DNA of 58,970 bases, counting the filler, from Catajapyx aquilonaris (lineage: Eukaryota), in NCBI GenBank assembly GCA_000934665.2. It is 2 parts of 2 records of this genome, joined end to end, with 100 filler letters (N's around TTAATTAATTAA, not from the genome) between each part and the next. Parts side by side here need not be neighbours in the genome. Positions count along the whole stretch, not along the records: positions 1 to 29,447 come from KZ539220.1; 1 more part is not named here. The stretch is one strand, 5' to 3'. Below the pieces are notes generated by a model. That model was not told the origin of the DNA. It was given only the letters and a program-made list of their open reading frames with translations, and did not search any database. Every line of letters begins with the position of its first letter. Within the stretch, counting starts at the first letter, position 1. Shown one piece after another: positions 11,600 through 23,910 of the stretch. A program made the translations under genes and the position numbers.

Positions 11600-12865
11600 G
11601 GGGGGGGGGGGGGGCAAGTTTTTACACCGAGAAGGGGAAAGCTTACAGATGCAAACTTTGCAAAGCAGCTATTATTAAAAGTAAATCGAGGTTGATCATT
11701 TTTTTGACCACGGTGTTATGCTGTATGATTCGTATTTCAGGGAGAAATGGGGAATCCCCCATCCATCTACAGCAGCGGTGACAGACCACGGAAAAGTAAC
11801 TTCATGAGTAACTGTAACTGTACCTGTAACTAGTTACTTTTTGGTCAAAGGAACTTGTAATTGTAACTAGTTACTTTTTTGGACTGAATAACTGTAACCG
11901 TAACCAGTTACATTTCAAAAGTAACTTACCCAACTCTGCTTCTTGCCGTGGTGGCACTAACGCGGTCAGCTGTGAACAAAATGTCGGACCACCTGGGGTG
12001 TAACATACGAATGGGGGTGGAGTGTTTGGGGGCTGATCTGTGATATCACAGAAAGCAAGAGAGGAGGTCCGATATTAAATTTTGTTCACAGCTGACCCCG
12101 TTATCCTGATCACGGCAAGAAGTGTCAATCTGCTACCGGTAAAGCGCCGCCGCGGAAGAAGTGTCAAGCTGCGCTCGCTCGACACAGTAGCAAGGTGTCA
12201 CTGAGGTGTCACACAGATAAATTCTCATGAATTCCCGCACATTTTGAATCATGTTTCACTTCCGTAGGTGTACTCGTTGGAAAGTTATTCGGAAATAAAA
12301 ATAGGCACCGACTTCTGATACACCCTAGTTACACAAGGGAGGAGTCAAATTAAGCGACCGTGATGTGGCCATAGATTACTGAATCACTTCAGCAAGAAAG
12401 CATGAGTAATCACAGATATACGCATCTGGGCTGTGAATACAGTATCTGACAAAGTCATTTGTCCATTTTTAAATATGTGCTGCTACCCAATAATTTATTC
12501 CGCACAAAACACAATTACCTTGCGTGAATAAACCGCATTATGCATAAATGGCCCATCCTCTAAAATCCGCTTCATACGGACGAGGTGTGATATAGGCCTA
12601 CTCGTAGGCCTACTTGAAAGCACTTTAATATATTATGTCCATTATGATTTTTAAACATTATTTTGTGAGAGAATTACTCCCTTTTATTTACTGCCAAATA
12701 TGTGTTGCATCTGAAATGAATCGTGCTATTATCTGCTACTGTTTTAGTGGCATTTAGTATGTTTATTACTGCATATACGGTACTCATAATATTATATCAA
12801 AGCGACTCTGAAAATGTCACAATTTTTTCTACCCACTTCCTAAAATGTAAATCATAACATAGAAT

Positions 12866-12972
12866 CCGCCCTACTCTGCCCAGGGCCAGGAGAAAAGGCC
12901 TGGTGTATTTCAGAAAGTCAGAAATGACTATAATTACATCGCCCTCCCTTGGGAACCTCCCCTTCCCCCCTA
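12866..12972 (+). mobile_element. SINE body fragment (same family as 39084-39490)
   Basis: GGGCCAGGAGAAAAGG.CTGGTGT...CGCCCTCCCTTGGGAA.CTCCCCTTCCCC is shared with 39230-39322. Confidence 0.7.
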
Positions 12973-13490
12973 AAAGGTCTCCGCCATATCACGGGGTTAA
13001 ATTTTTTTTTAAAGCATAGAATCCGCTTAATTTCTACGACAATTTGCCGGCGAATATTACACGATTGTTCAGATTAGTCCATTATAGGCACGGGAACCAC
13101 ATTAATAATTTGAGATTTGGCAGCGCTATGTAAATACATGGAGTGCGTGATTATCCGTCAGGCAATTAAATTCTACTGTAAAGGTGAAATTGAGTGACAC
13201 ATATCGTATAGGGTAAGTACATATAGGCTACAAATACTTTATAAAGACTTAATTGATATTGTGCTAACAAACTTTGTACTGAATGAGTGTCGCTTGAATG
13301 GAAGAAATTCCCACTCCATTACATGTGTTAAAGAATTTTCTAACTTATTGTAATTGTAATTGGCCCACCAGAAGGGATGTTTCGCAAATATAATACAAAA
13401 AAGAAAATGTGTATCTTCGTGCTTCGTTTTCTGTGCTGTGCATGGAGAAATGCCACGTAATAAGTTCGTATCGTGTTCCAATGTTTAGAC

Positions 13491-13566
<76 letters not shown>
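13491..13566. repeat. (ATT)n microsatellite
   Basis: Perfect trinucleotide run. Confidence 0.95.
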
Positions 13567-13657
13567 GAGATGATATGCCAAAACTGCTCTAAATAACCAG
13601 ATACAGCTGGAGCTAATACTGTATGGTCATTAATGCCTTTAATTTGGTTCATCACAG

Positions 13658-13720
13658 GTTATCCTCCGATTAGGATCCCTCCCAGAATCTGATTCTCTCA
13701 AGGTGTCTTCTGTGTACAAG
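13658..13720 (+). CDS. unc80: unc-80 internal exon (VILRLGSLPESDSLKVSSVYK)
   Basis: tcacag acceptor, AAG|gtaaat donor, 63 nt in phase 0/0, continuing the EEHV-VI(F/L)RL motif. Confidence 0.82.
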
Positions 13721-14187
13721 GTAAATATTATAATCTGTCGATTACTGTGCAGTGTACTACATAATTGAAGTATAGGGGGTCGGCGGAAGAATGGCTTATC
13801 CTAACCTATCATCAAAACTGAAAGTTTGTATACTTAAAACATTTGCAATGCTCTCTGCCATCATGTTATGAAAGTTTATGCAGATTGGGCTAAGCCTACC
13901 TCTTTTTTGCCCAGTACAAAAACCCAAGCAAGGCCTATGGTATATATTTTCACTTTGGTGCAAGATATTCTTATGAAAATAAGACAAAACATAACATTCT
14001 CAATAGACAATAATATTGGTCAGGAGTTATGGAAAAAAGTAAAGGAACTCCAGCAGATTGGCGGAAATCATCAGCAGGGAATGCTTCAACAGTAAACCTT
14101 TACTTCCTCTTCTGAAAAGGTGTGTCGAGTTGGTATACAACCTTCTTCCGCCGTGTGTTTGTCCCGAAAATAAGTAAAACTAAGTTA

Positions 14188-14389
14188 CACTGTAAACCGC
14201 AAAACATTAAAAGAGCATCACTGGGGAGTCTCTCATGGAACATCAATTTTTAATGCTCTTCTAATGCTCTTGTGATGCTCCTGTGATGCTTTTTTGTTTC
14301 TAAAAAGAGCATTGGCAGAGCATTAGAAGAGCATTAATAATTGATGATCCATGCGAGACTCACCATTAAATGTTTTGCGGTTTACAGTG
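14188..14389. mobile_element. CACTG-ended, TA-flanked palindromic MITE (CACTA/EnSpm-like), copy 1
   Basis: TA|CACTGTAAACCGC ... GCGGTTTACAGTG|TA. A second copy is at 43466-43666. Confidence 0.8.
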
Positions 14390-15384
14390 TAGTGACCTGG
14401 TTGCCAAAATTTGGCAAAAACCATGATCAGTATGGCAGTGACAATTAAAGAATTTAATGAGATGGCCCGCCGCGCCGATGTACCACGTAGTAGTACTTTT
14501 CTTCAGGCATAAGCAGCATCGAAGCGACATCCGACGGTAAAGTGCATAAGTAAACGAGTCGCCACCAAGCAGGTGGAGCCCTGAACGGCGGAATTGGGAA
14601 TTCCGTGGAACTGCCGTCGCGTCGTCGGATTTACGTGTTTTTTTGTTGTATTTTTTTCTGTTTGCCAAAGTCCCTCGGCACTGTTTCCAAAAATCAAAAG
14701 TGTTTTGCACGTGCAGAAAACGCGGGCAAAATTTTGACAACACTCCCAATGCTGTTGGCCCTACGGTGCGGGAAGAGTGTCCATGACAGTCGGGTATTAA
14801 TAATATAGATATTAATACTGCATGTAATGCGGTCAGTTGAACCAGGTCGGACGGCTACGCTTCATTACAGAAGACCCTGCACTTTTACCTACTTTCCTAG
14901 GCGTGTATCCGCTGGGAAGGAAGGTTAGGTCATGGGGTAGGTTGATGCAGCGTGCCCCTACCTCTGCCACATTTGGTTTCCCATTACGAAAGTCCTTCCG
15001 GTCGGACACCTTAATAATCAGCACACATTTTTTCCGAAGTTTACTGGTAGAAACCCGAGATTCTTAAGTATACGATCTGGTGTAACCAACCCTAAGTGAA
15101 GGAACAAAAATAGGAGTGATGTTCCGATGATTGAGACCGATAGCCTACTTATACTGTAGCAGTTACAAAGCAATGTAATTCTATACACTAAGATTTGTTG
15201 GCTTTGGACTATAAAAGGCTTTGTATACTCTGTTCCTATTCTTTCCCCATGCTGAAAGAAGGCTTTTGTGCAACTATAGTCAAACGTCCCGTAACTTGAT
15301 ATCATTTTGAAGGATGAACTGAAACCTTTAAAGCTTTCTACTTTACTGAGATATGTCCATATTATATGCTGTTCTTACTTTATA

Positions 15385-15945
15385 CAGGGTGTTTACGACC
15401 TAACTTTACAAACTTCTAGGGGTGATAGAGGGGACCAAGACAAACATTTTTGACCTAGGAAACCGTGTCCGGAAACGCCATCTAGAGGGGGTTCATAGAC
15501 AAGGAACGGGTGCGCTCAGACGCGTCACGGAGAGGCGCTAGTGTAGCGGACTGTTTTGTTGATAGATGGCGCTCGGATAGTAACCAACGATGCGATGTGC
15601 CATAACGTGGCAACAGCAGAGCCATCTAGCAACTAAAGTCCGCCTCCTAGGAGACGCGCGGATAGTCAACAGCGGTTCTGTTGTTGCCAGGTTATGGCGT
15701 ATCGCGTTGTTGTTTACTTACAACGACGCGATACGCCATAACCTGGCAACAACTGCGCGCCATCTATCAACAAAACAGTCCGCTCGACTTGCGCCTCTCG
15801 CGTGACGCGTCTGAGCGCATCCGTTCCTCGTCTATGAACCCCCTCTAGATGGCGTTTCCGGACACGGGTTCCTATGTCAAAAATGTTTGTCTTGGTCCCC
15901 TCTATTACCCCTGGAAGTTTGTAAAGTTAGGTCGTAAACACCCTG
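15385..15945. mobile_element. Tc1/mariner-type foldback MITE, family A
   Basis: TA|CAGGGTGTTTACGACC ... GGTCGTAAACACCCTG|TA with ~190-bp arms. Relatives lie at 30213-30361, 32295-32360, 33095-33380 and 38379-38905. Confidence 0.9.
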
Positions 15946-16986
15946 TATATGGACTCATTTACTCGTAACTTTTTATGGCTAAAAATATTAATCAGTTTGT
16001 TCGATACGGGTCATTCATGGGTATAGGCACATTCGAGTGTATGCCTGCAGAGAGATGCTTCTATTCGAGGAGCTCAGTTGCAAAAGTCGCTTTAAAAAAC
16101 TATGAGATGGAGGTGGCAATGCATTCTTTGGGACACACTCTACATGCTGACAGTTTTATTTTTTTAACCACGTCAAATGCAACTTAACTGGAGAGAGAGG
16201 GGGGAGGGAGAGGGAGGGAGAGAGAACTGGACTCTTTTGCAAAACCCGACAAATCCAACGCAAAAAGACGTAATGTTTTTTTCCCTTCAAATGCAGACAA
16301 ATCCACGAGCATATATACTCCAAAATTCGAAAAATCCTGCGTTGTACCCCTCGATGATTATTGCTGGCGTTATTCTTAGGTCGACAAATTCGAACATCGT
16401 GCAATATTTCACTTCATTAAATAGTGTATCACTGACAGTCAAGGGAATGATGAAATTTTCGTAATTCCCGTGATAAAGGTAATGTTGGGCCTTGTTTGGC
16501 AGTCCATTAGGATTGCACCAGATTGCAACTAGTTTTTGTACACACTATAAATATTTTTCAGGCTAATTGAATGTGCAAGTTCCTTGCAAAACCTGACAAA
16601 TCTACTCTCTACGCAGCAAAATCCGACAAATCCAAACAATCACTTTTGAAATGAGCCCTTTCCACATTGGTTACATTTTGGAGAAAGCATGCATCTGATG
16701 TAGCGTTAAAAGTTGTAATATATGCATCTATGACTGTTTTTGAACAGTAATTAGGTCAGCCGTGATAGGTTTTTCTCAAATATCTCAGAACCAACTATTT
16801 TGGATTTGTCGGCTTTTGCAACTAGGCTCCTCTCTTGTACTCTGCTACCTAATCTAGGCCATCAGCCATATGACTGCCCCATAACCAAACTGTTTCTGTT
16901 GGACTTCTTACCATCATGAATGTTTATCGGCAGAATTTTAAAAAAACACGGTATCCTATAATATACTCTTATGTGTATTGTACTAG

Positions 16987-17144
16987 GTCCCTGCACAACC
17001 CGAAAGCAGCCTTCTTCACATGGCACTAAAGCAATCCAGTATAGACTCCTCAAAGTCTTCCAAGGCGTCTCCTACAGCTGAGATCCATCAGGGAGAAGCA
17101 GGAAAACTAACTCATGTACCCTCAGGACCACATAGGAGAAAAGG
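16987..17144 (+). CDS. unc80: unc-80 internal exon (VPAQPESSLLHMALKQSS...GPHRRK)
   Basis: tactag acceptor, GG|gtgaat donor, open frame, phase 0 in and phase 2 out, which fits both neighbours. Confidence 0.72.
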
Positions 17145-17669
17145 GTGAATAAATATTATTTTCATATAACTTAAGCTTATATGAAATTAAGGAATAAGGC
17201 AAAACAAACTTTTATGGTCATATTGTACTGTACCTTATATTATTTTGTCATATAAAGTGATTCACAAAACATCCTGTTGATTGGTTATCGTAACTCTGGC
17301 TGCTATTGTAACTTAGATATGTTCCCAATAATTACAGGGGCGTATAAAACAAGTATCATTTTGCCAATATCCACGAGAGTACCGCCATGATCATGTAAGA
17401 TAAAATAGTGACTACATCAGGCAATTTTATTCAATATATTAATACCCCACAGAGTACCGGGAGAATATCACAAATATGAGAAAAGAGAAGTATTGAAAGA
17501 GTCACTGTTTATGAAATAGCAAATTCATTCTTGGGGTTGGAGATTCAAATTAAATATAACTTATATTGAAACTTGCCTATATCAAACATCACTTCTCTGC
17601 GTGGGGAATGAATTTATTGCATCATATCTGAGCAAGTTGTGACGATAATTTTAACATGAAATCTTTCAG

Positions 17670-17858
17670 GTCAGCTGTAGATAAAGAGTTCGTGCAACAC
17701 AAATTGGATGCAGCGTTAAAAGCTCAGGAGGGACTCGCGCCAACTTTAACTGATTTATGCATGGCCACCTTCTTCGACGTGGCGGTCCTTAGATGCCTTT
17801 TTACACCTCAGTGGGCGGAGGAAGGAGTCTTTTGGGCTTTGCAATTTCTTTATCGTAG
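17670..17858 (+). CDS. unc80: unc-80 internal exon (SAVDKEF...ATFFDVAVLRCLFTPQWAEEGVFWALQFLYR)
   Basis: tctttcag acceptor, AG|gcaagt non-canonical GC donor, conserved DVAVLRCLF motif. Confidence 0.9.
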
Positions 17859-17984
17859 GCAAGTATTTGCTTGATTTCCCTGGTCCGTCGAATTGACTTT
17901 GGCAAGGACAATTCGGCTCCGCACCATTATAGGAATCATCTTGATCTGGTTCAGACTTTATATGAGTTTTAACATTATTTTTAG

Positions 17985-18151
17985 GCTACAAGAAATAAGC
18001 GACGAATCAGAATCGGAGCAGCAACCTCGTCGACGAAGCAATTCGCTCCCGATTCCTAAAATTGAGATATCTTTGTATCAAAGCCCAGAACTGAAGAAAA
18101 GGGAGACAAAAGACTTCATCGAAGTGCCCGAGAGCGTCGCTCATGCCCCAA
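17985..18151 (+). CDS. unc80: unc-80 internal exon (LQEISDE...RRRSNSLPIPKIEISLYQSPE...HAP)
   Basis: tttttag acceptor, A|gtatga donor. Confidence 0.88.
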
Positions 18152-18237
18152 GTATGAGAAGCAGGTTATTGCTGGCAATATTGCTGGTTTATTACTGGAT
18201 TGCAATGTTCTCTCTAATGCCACCCTCTTGCTTGTAG

Positions 18238-18452
18238 GCGAGTCCCCGTACAGCTCACGAAAGGTCGTGGCTCGAGATGGAAACGATGTGCACAGCCCAT
18301 CTCGTCGATCGAGTGAAAAGGGTAAAAGGACGCGAATGAAGATGGCAGATTTGAAAGCTTTTGTGGAAACAAAACTCTTGTCTAAATCGGAAAAGACGTT
18401 GGAGAAAATTGGCCGTGAACCTGAATGCAAGTCATCGCTTCTAGACTTTCAG
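18238..18452 (+). CDS. unc80: unc-80 internal exon (ESPYSSRK...RMKMADLKAFVETKLLSKSEKTLEKIG...DFQ)
   Basis: cttgtag acceptor, CAG|gtaact donor. Confidence 0.9.
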
Positions 18453-18810
18453 GTAACTGGGATCAAATACGTATAATCTCTATAATTCGATTCTACTCTT
18501 TTCCGTTTGAGTTACGATATTTGTCGAAAGAGCCATAAAATAATCTAAGTTAGCATCTTTTAAAAATGGCTTACATGCTTGGTAAAATATACAATGCGTT
18601 TCCTTGAAAAGTGAAAATACTCAACCTGAATGGTGAATTATTCAGCCCTTGCATCGACAATTGGACATTGCTTACTTATGACAAAAGGGATACGGTATTT
18701 AACCATCTGTTACGTCATGGACGTTTCAACTGTAGCAGGAATTTTTAGTGTAATATCAATATGTTTTGTATGAGAAACACACCTATCACTGCCCTATAAC
18801 TTCATTCTAG

Positions 18811-18968
18811 GACTACCCTATAGATAGTTTGGACACTGGAGATGGAGAAAATCCACCACGGCCAAGGTCTGCTCTAGCTAAAATATTTGAACAAAGGCTT
18901 GATGGATTTCCGGATAGACCGAAGCCATCATCTGGACTGGTGAAAGGAAAAAGCATGCCCAGCCTCAG
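18811..18968 (+). CDS. unc80: unc-80 internal exon (DYPIDSLDTGD...LVKGKSMPSL)
   Basis: attctag acceptor, AG|gtatga donor, KGKSMPSL motif. Confidence 0.9.
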
Positions 18969-21957
18969 GTATGAGGGCAAAATATATGCTGCCTGTGGTG
19001 AAAAAGAGTTGCAGAGGATAAAAACTTGTCATGCCATCTTTTATCATTTTCCTTCTTTTTTTACGTGTTTGAAAGCTTAATACCACACCACAGACATGAA
19101 CAAGCATACATTATGTTATTATACTACACTCTAAAAATAATATGAACACAGAACAGGCGCAGATCAACTTCAACTCATGAAGATATTCTTACTCAAAAAC
19201 ATGGTTAAACATCGTACTAAACCAAAAACTTGCACTATGACGTATGTGTAGGAGACACTGACTACAGTCATGACCTACAGTTGAGAGATGAAATGTCATA
19301 ACACTCTTAATTCCAATCGCAAATCATAAGCTCGTGACGCCTTATTTCCACTCTAATAAGTCAGTGAAGACCTATAGGCTACATAATTATTATGTACCGG
19401 TAGAGTATATCCTGCAGTTTCTTCGAAGACAGAACAGTTGTCTAAATGAGTGTGTCAGTTTCACCGATTGTGATTATGAACCTTCTCTTGACATTCAATT
19501 GAGGCAATTTTTGGGCTCCTCATGTGCAATATAGTCTACCCTAGTATATATGTATGCGGTAGCAACTTAAAAGTAGGCTATTATAGGGCGATTAACTCGC
19601 TGCTCAACTGTATAGCCTTTTTGAAATAACTGTTGAGAGTTTGCACATAGCTAACGTATGTAAAGTGAGAAGCAATCCGCCATAGATATGCCGTTGAGAA
19701 TGTTCTTCGACAACATCCAGGCACATTTTGTACGCTGTACGCTGGATATCATGACCAAAAATTACTGAAATCTCATGTAAGATGTTCTTCAGCTGTTCCA
19801 TGGCTGTCCCGGGCTTGTTATACTTGGTTATACACTTATACTCTTAGAGTACATTCTTCTCTTTCTGATGATTCCGTCAGAATAGTCTGAATCTAGCTTG
19901 GTTTTGCAAAAATTTTAATGATCTCCTCAGATTTGGATAGTATGAGATTAAGATGCCCGTGAAGAAAACCTTCACTACGTACTGTATTTCATAACTTACT
20001 TCTTACCACAGCTGCCAGTGTGTTCCATGTTTGACATAAAGTGGATCCACCTTCTACAGTAGAAGCCAAAATCCGTACTGTACACTTATAGCTCTTTTCC
20101 CTCTCCGCGAACCGCTCACATTGTCAGCTCGTTTCCCCTGCCGAATATTATCCTATTGCATCCTATAGTGCCATACACATGTAGAGTGCATGTGAAGACA
20201 TAGGCCTACATCACGACGCAACGCGCGCCTAGCCTATAGTGTAGGCTACATAATTATTAGCATGCTATCATTGATAAAATTGTTATTCCAATTCTACACT
20301 TATTTTCCTGTAGTATATATATTTACCCTTGAAGTCTATTTTGATTATGGGCTTCCAAAGCCGTTGCTAAATAAGAAATGAGACTTAAATAAAATGCAAC
20401 ATTTTCAGAAGGACCTTCAAATTCCAGTCTTTATAATTGATTCGTATGCAACAGGTAGAGGACTAGGGATTGGTGCTGTGTAATTATCAAGATTCGCAGC
20501 CACAATTATACATAAGTTACTGTAATACTTTTGGAGTATACTTCCCGTTTAACAAGCCCTCATTTTTAGAAGTGAGCTCATTCAGTGCAGCATAACACCA
20601 ACGAATAATTCGGATTTCAATGGATTATTAATATTCAACCTTGTTTTTTCAGGGTTCCCACGGAATTCTCAAATCTTGAGATATATGCTTATAGAGGTCA
20701 TTGCATGTCAATTTCTACTTTTTGCCAGGAATGCAGCGTATAGTGTATATTACAATGCTCAAAATATTTTAGGCTTGCACGAGATGCATTCTAACTGCAT
20801 TATCGAGCACTGATGATTGTTATACCATTTTTTAAGATTCTTCTACTTTTTTTTGGATAACATTCAAGGCATTTCGCAAGTCCGAGCACTGCATGTTCAT
20901 TAACTACCACGCTTATGCTGTTCACATTTCCGCCAAAGTTAATCTTATTAGGATGCTTCAGATGAGCATAAAATAATGAACAATCTCTGGAGTTTTAAAT
21001 GCACTTAACACGCCGATATACATTTGACTGAATGAGTATATCGCATGAGAATCTAGCATCTTTAGATTATAAGAAACAGGCATGGCATATTCAGGTATAA
21101 GTTATACATCTCGGGTAAAATGAGGGTGTACCAAACTAAGGTGATCGTGTGGCACACGTGCCTTACCCAAAACAACGGGTATCAAATGGCCCCAACGATG
21201 ACGACCTATAGCCTAATAAGAACCAGGCGTCATTGAAAATACTGAAGCAAGCCTCCCGCATCATACAGGACAAAATTGGGTGTCTGAGCTAAACAAGCAG
21301 AACCTAACCTCCAATGCCTTCAGTAGCAAACAAGCACAAAAAAATTTCAGTGCGGATCTTCGGTTCTGATGGCTATTCGCCCGATCTGACGTGAAATGCA
21401 ACCAACCATATGCAAATCTACAGCCGAGAAAAACTGAAATATATTGTAGAGTGGCGACTGGAGTGTTATGGGGTGTTTTCCTTCAAGATGCATATGCGAG
21501 AGTCTAAGCAACATTACTATCTCAATTGAGGGAATCCAAATAGGACGATTTAAAAGAATTTTATGGCACAACAAAATGCTTATTTCGGTTTATCTTCATT
21601 TGATCAAGCTATGTATTTTCGACATCGGTGTCGTTAACGATAGATTCCATGCCATTAAGAGCCTGACTTTACCATGATTCTTTGTGTAGGTTGTGACGCC
21701 CTGTATTTTTTCCCCACATAATATAACTTTGAATTAATCATACTTTTTAACTGCAAAATGTGGAGTTTGCTGGAAATATAGAAACTTGCTGGGGTAATGT
21801 TTTATTGGAAAAACCTGACCGATAAATTGCACATGAAACTTGGCTTCATCAGGAACATATAAGCTAATACATTTTCTCGTAGCTTTTCTCTTCTCCTCTA
21901 GTGTTCAATCTGCACTTTCTCTCTTTTTCATTGCTCTTTCTCTTCTCCCAACTTCAG

Positions 21958-21984
21958 CTGTTTACTAGACGAAAAGACTGGTGG
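21958..21984 (+). CDS. unc80: unc-80 27-nt microexon ((S)CLLDEKTG(G))
   Basis: ~75-nt pyrimidine tract ending in cttcag, GG|gtaagt donor, phase 2/2. Joins MPSL-SCLLDEKTGG-YIGD. Confidence 0.8.
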
Positions 21985-22998
21985 GTAAGTGTACGCTTAT
22001 CACTATACTCCACTTCAGATGCTTATGCCTGTCGACCCTTTAAACATGAAAATATGAACTTGTACAGTACTGCCCATTAGTGTTAGTGTTATTTGAACTC
22101 CACCTTACAAATGGTCGCTAGATTAGTCGACAGTAACAGTAATGCAAGATTCGCTTATTTTACTAGTACAGGTAAGTACAAAAGGTGCCCATTACTACTT
22201 AGGCACATATTGTACAGATATTGAAGTATTGTACGTGATCTAAATAGCCTATACATCAACATCACTTACCAGATTTTGTGCCCTGAAATACACGTAAACT
22301 ACCCATCACAACCCATTACTTTTAGAAAACTCAAAAGCAAATGAACATTTAATATTTCATGTAGAAAGTGATTCGATACACCCGTTGAGTAATCACATAA
22401 TCAACTCAATGGCGACACGGAAATGAAACTCACAGTTAAATAACACTAACAGGCGAGTAAGATGGCATGCTCTTCCTTATATTCCTGCACTAAGCTGCAC
22501 CGTCCTAACCTAATTATTTTCATTTGTTCCTCTGTGATGTGTTTATGTTCCTGGTGCTTTTTCGTGTACGAGTACATCAAGGTGAATGACACGAAGTAGG
22601 CCTAACTACAGGTGTATGCTTAAAACACAACAAAGCTGGGAACGTTATATTGCCTCAGATTAATATTATCGCCGTTGCTTGTGATTATATCATGACTTGA
22701 TCATGACTATATGTATGCCTATAGTTCATAATATCTCAAGTCATTTTTGGTATGTGGCATGTGTGTAGGCACAACAAGCGCTTGTAGTCAACAAGACCCA
22801 CACGACGAGACAACTTAATATTATTCATGATAGCTTAGGATGGTATTTATTCACATTTGTCAAATAGCCATTGTAGAGTGTAATTTTTGCAATAGAATTA
22901 GACACTAATGGTTATAGGAGGACCAGACAAAAGTGAGCCTTTCGTTTGGAGCAGAAAACAGACAATAGCGCATTAGGATGAATTACAATCACCTCATA

Positions 22999-23910
22999 CT
23001 CACAAGGGAAGGTCACGGGGTGATAATGACGGATCTTGATGAAATTTAACATGCTAATATACAGGACAATTATATATGATACCCAAAAATGAAATATTTC
23101 GTGCGGAACCCCATATTTGCAAAAGTTATGACGTCTTAAAGTTCCAAAAATGATACAATTTCATACTCCATGGGATTACATTAGCGACCACATATAATGA
23201 CATTGAAGTGTGTAATCAGTTTCTAGACCTTTTCTCATCGGAAAAAAGTCATACAGAACGGCTCTGGCCATCCGTCCGTCCGTCTGTGGACAGGTATCAA
23301 GGCCTAAACCGTAAGAGATAGCGACAAACGGTTTTCATATTCGGATTGAGCGTGACCAAAATAGGTTTCATGGTCAGCTTCTGGTGACCCGCCACTTCCG
23401 GTCTTCCGGGTTCACTCTATCCGCACAAGTCTACTTTACGGGCGGGTTATCGTTGGATTTCGAAGTTAGTTTCCGTGTATTCCTGACCGTGTTTTTCGGG
23501 GATTTACTCCGGGTTTTACCTGACTCTCTGGCACAGGGGCTGTGGAATTTATTCCTGACGTTGGACATGTTTGCAATGAGCGTCATCGGCCGCCATGATG
23601 TTATCGCCCAGGCCGATACTGGAATCGATATGTTGCCTAGGTTACGATATATCGATTCACATGCTCCCTGAAAGAATGAGAAAAGGTCTAGAAACTGATT
23701 ACACACGTCAATGTCGTTATATGTGGTCGCTAATGTAATCCCATGAAGTATGAAAATGTATTATTTTTGGAACTTTAAGACGTCATAACTTTTGCAAATA
23801 TGGGTTTCCGCACGAAATATTTCATTTTTGGGTATCATATATTGTCCTGTGATAGCATGATCAATTTCATCAAGATCCGTCATTATCACCCCGTGACCTT
23901 CCCTTGTCAG
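22999..23910. mobile_element. TA-flanked foldback element with ~240-bp arms and a DINE-1/HINE-like core
   Basis: TA|CTCACAAGGGAAGGTCACGGGGTG ... CACCCCGTGACCTTCCCTTGTCAG|TA. The core carries a CCGTCCGTCCGTCTGT repeat at ~23270-23287. Confidence 0.8.

Larger units (their letters stand above)
10353..11938. mobile_element. hAT-type non-autonomous element
   Basis: TIR CAGAGTTGGG...CCCAACTCTG, perfect 8-bp TSD CTTCTTGC (10345-10352 and 11939-11946), GTAACT/AGTTAC subterminal repeats. Confidence 0.88.
10135..12327. mobile_element. Tc1/mariner-type foldback MITE (outer host of a nested insertion)
   Basis: TA|CAGGATGTATCAGAAGTCGGTGCC ... GGCACCGACTTCTGATACACCCT with long inverted arms, interrupted by a hAT element. 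Confidence 0.8.

Noticed and set aside
13345..13581. Poly-N/poly-I/poly-Y/poly-L ORFs here and at 28042, 39415, 46730, 47167, 47548 and 47856
   Set aside because: These are translations of (AAT)n/(ATT)n microsatellites and SINE tails.
14900..15350. Possible degenerate LINE reverse-transcriptase C-terminal remnant on the minus strand
   Set aside because: Only faint motif resemblance across several frameshifts, which cannot be supported by eye.
19600..19990. Possible very old Tc1-like transposase tail on the minus strand
   Set aside because: No intact diagnostic motif and no TIR pair found.
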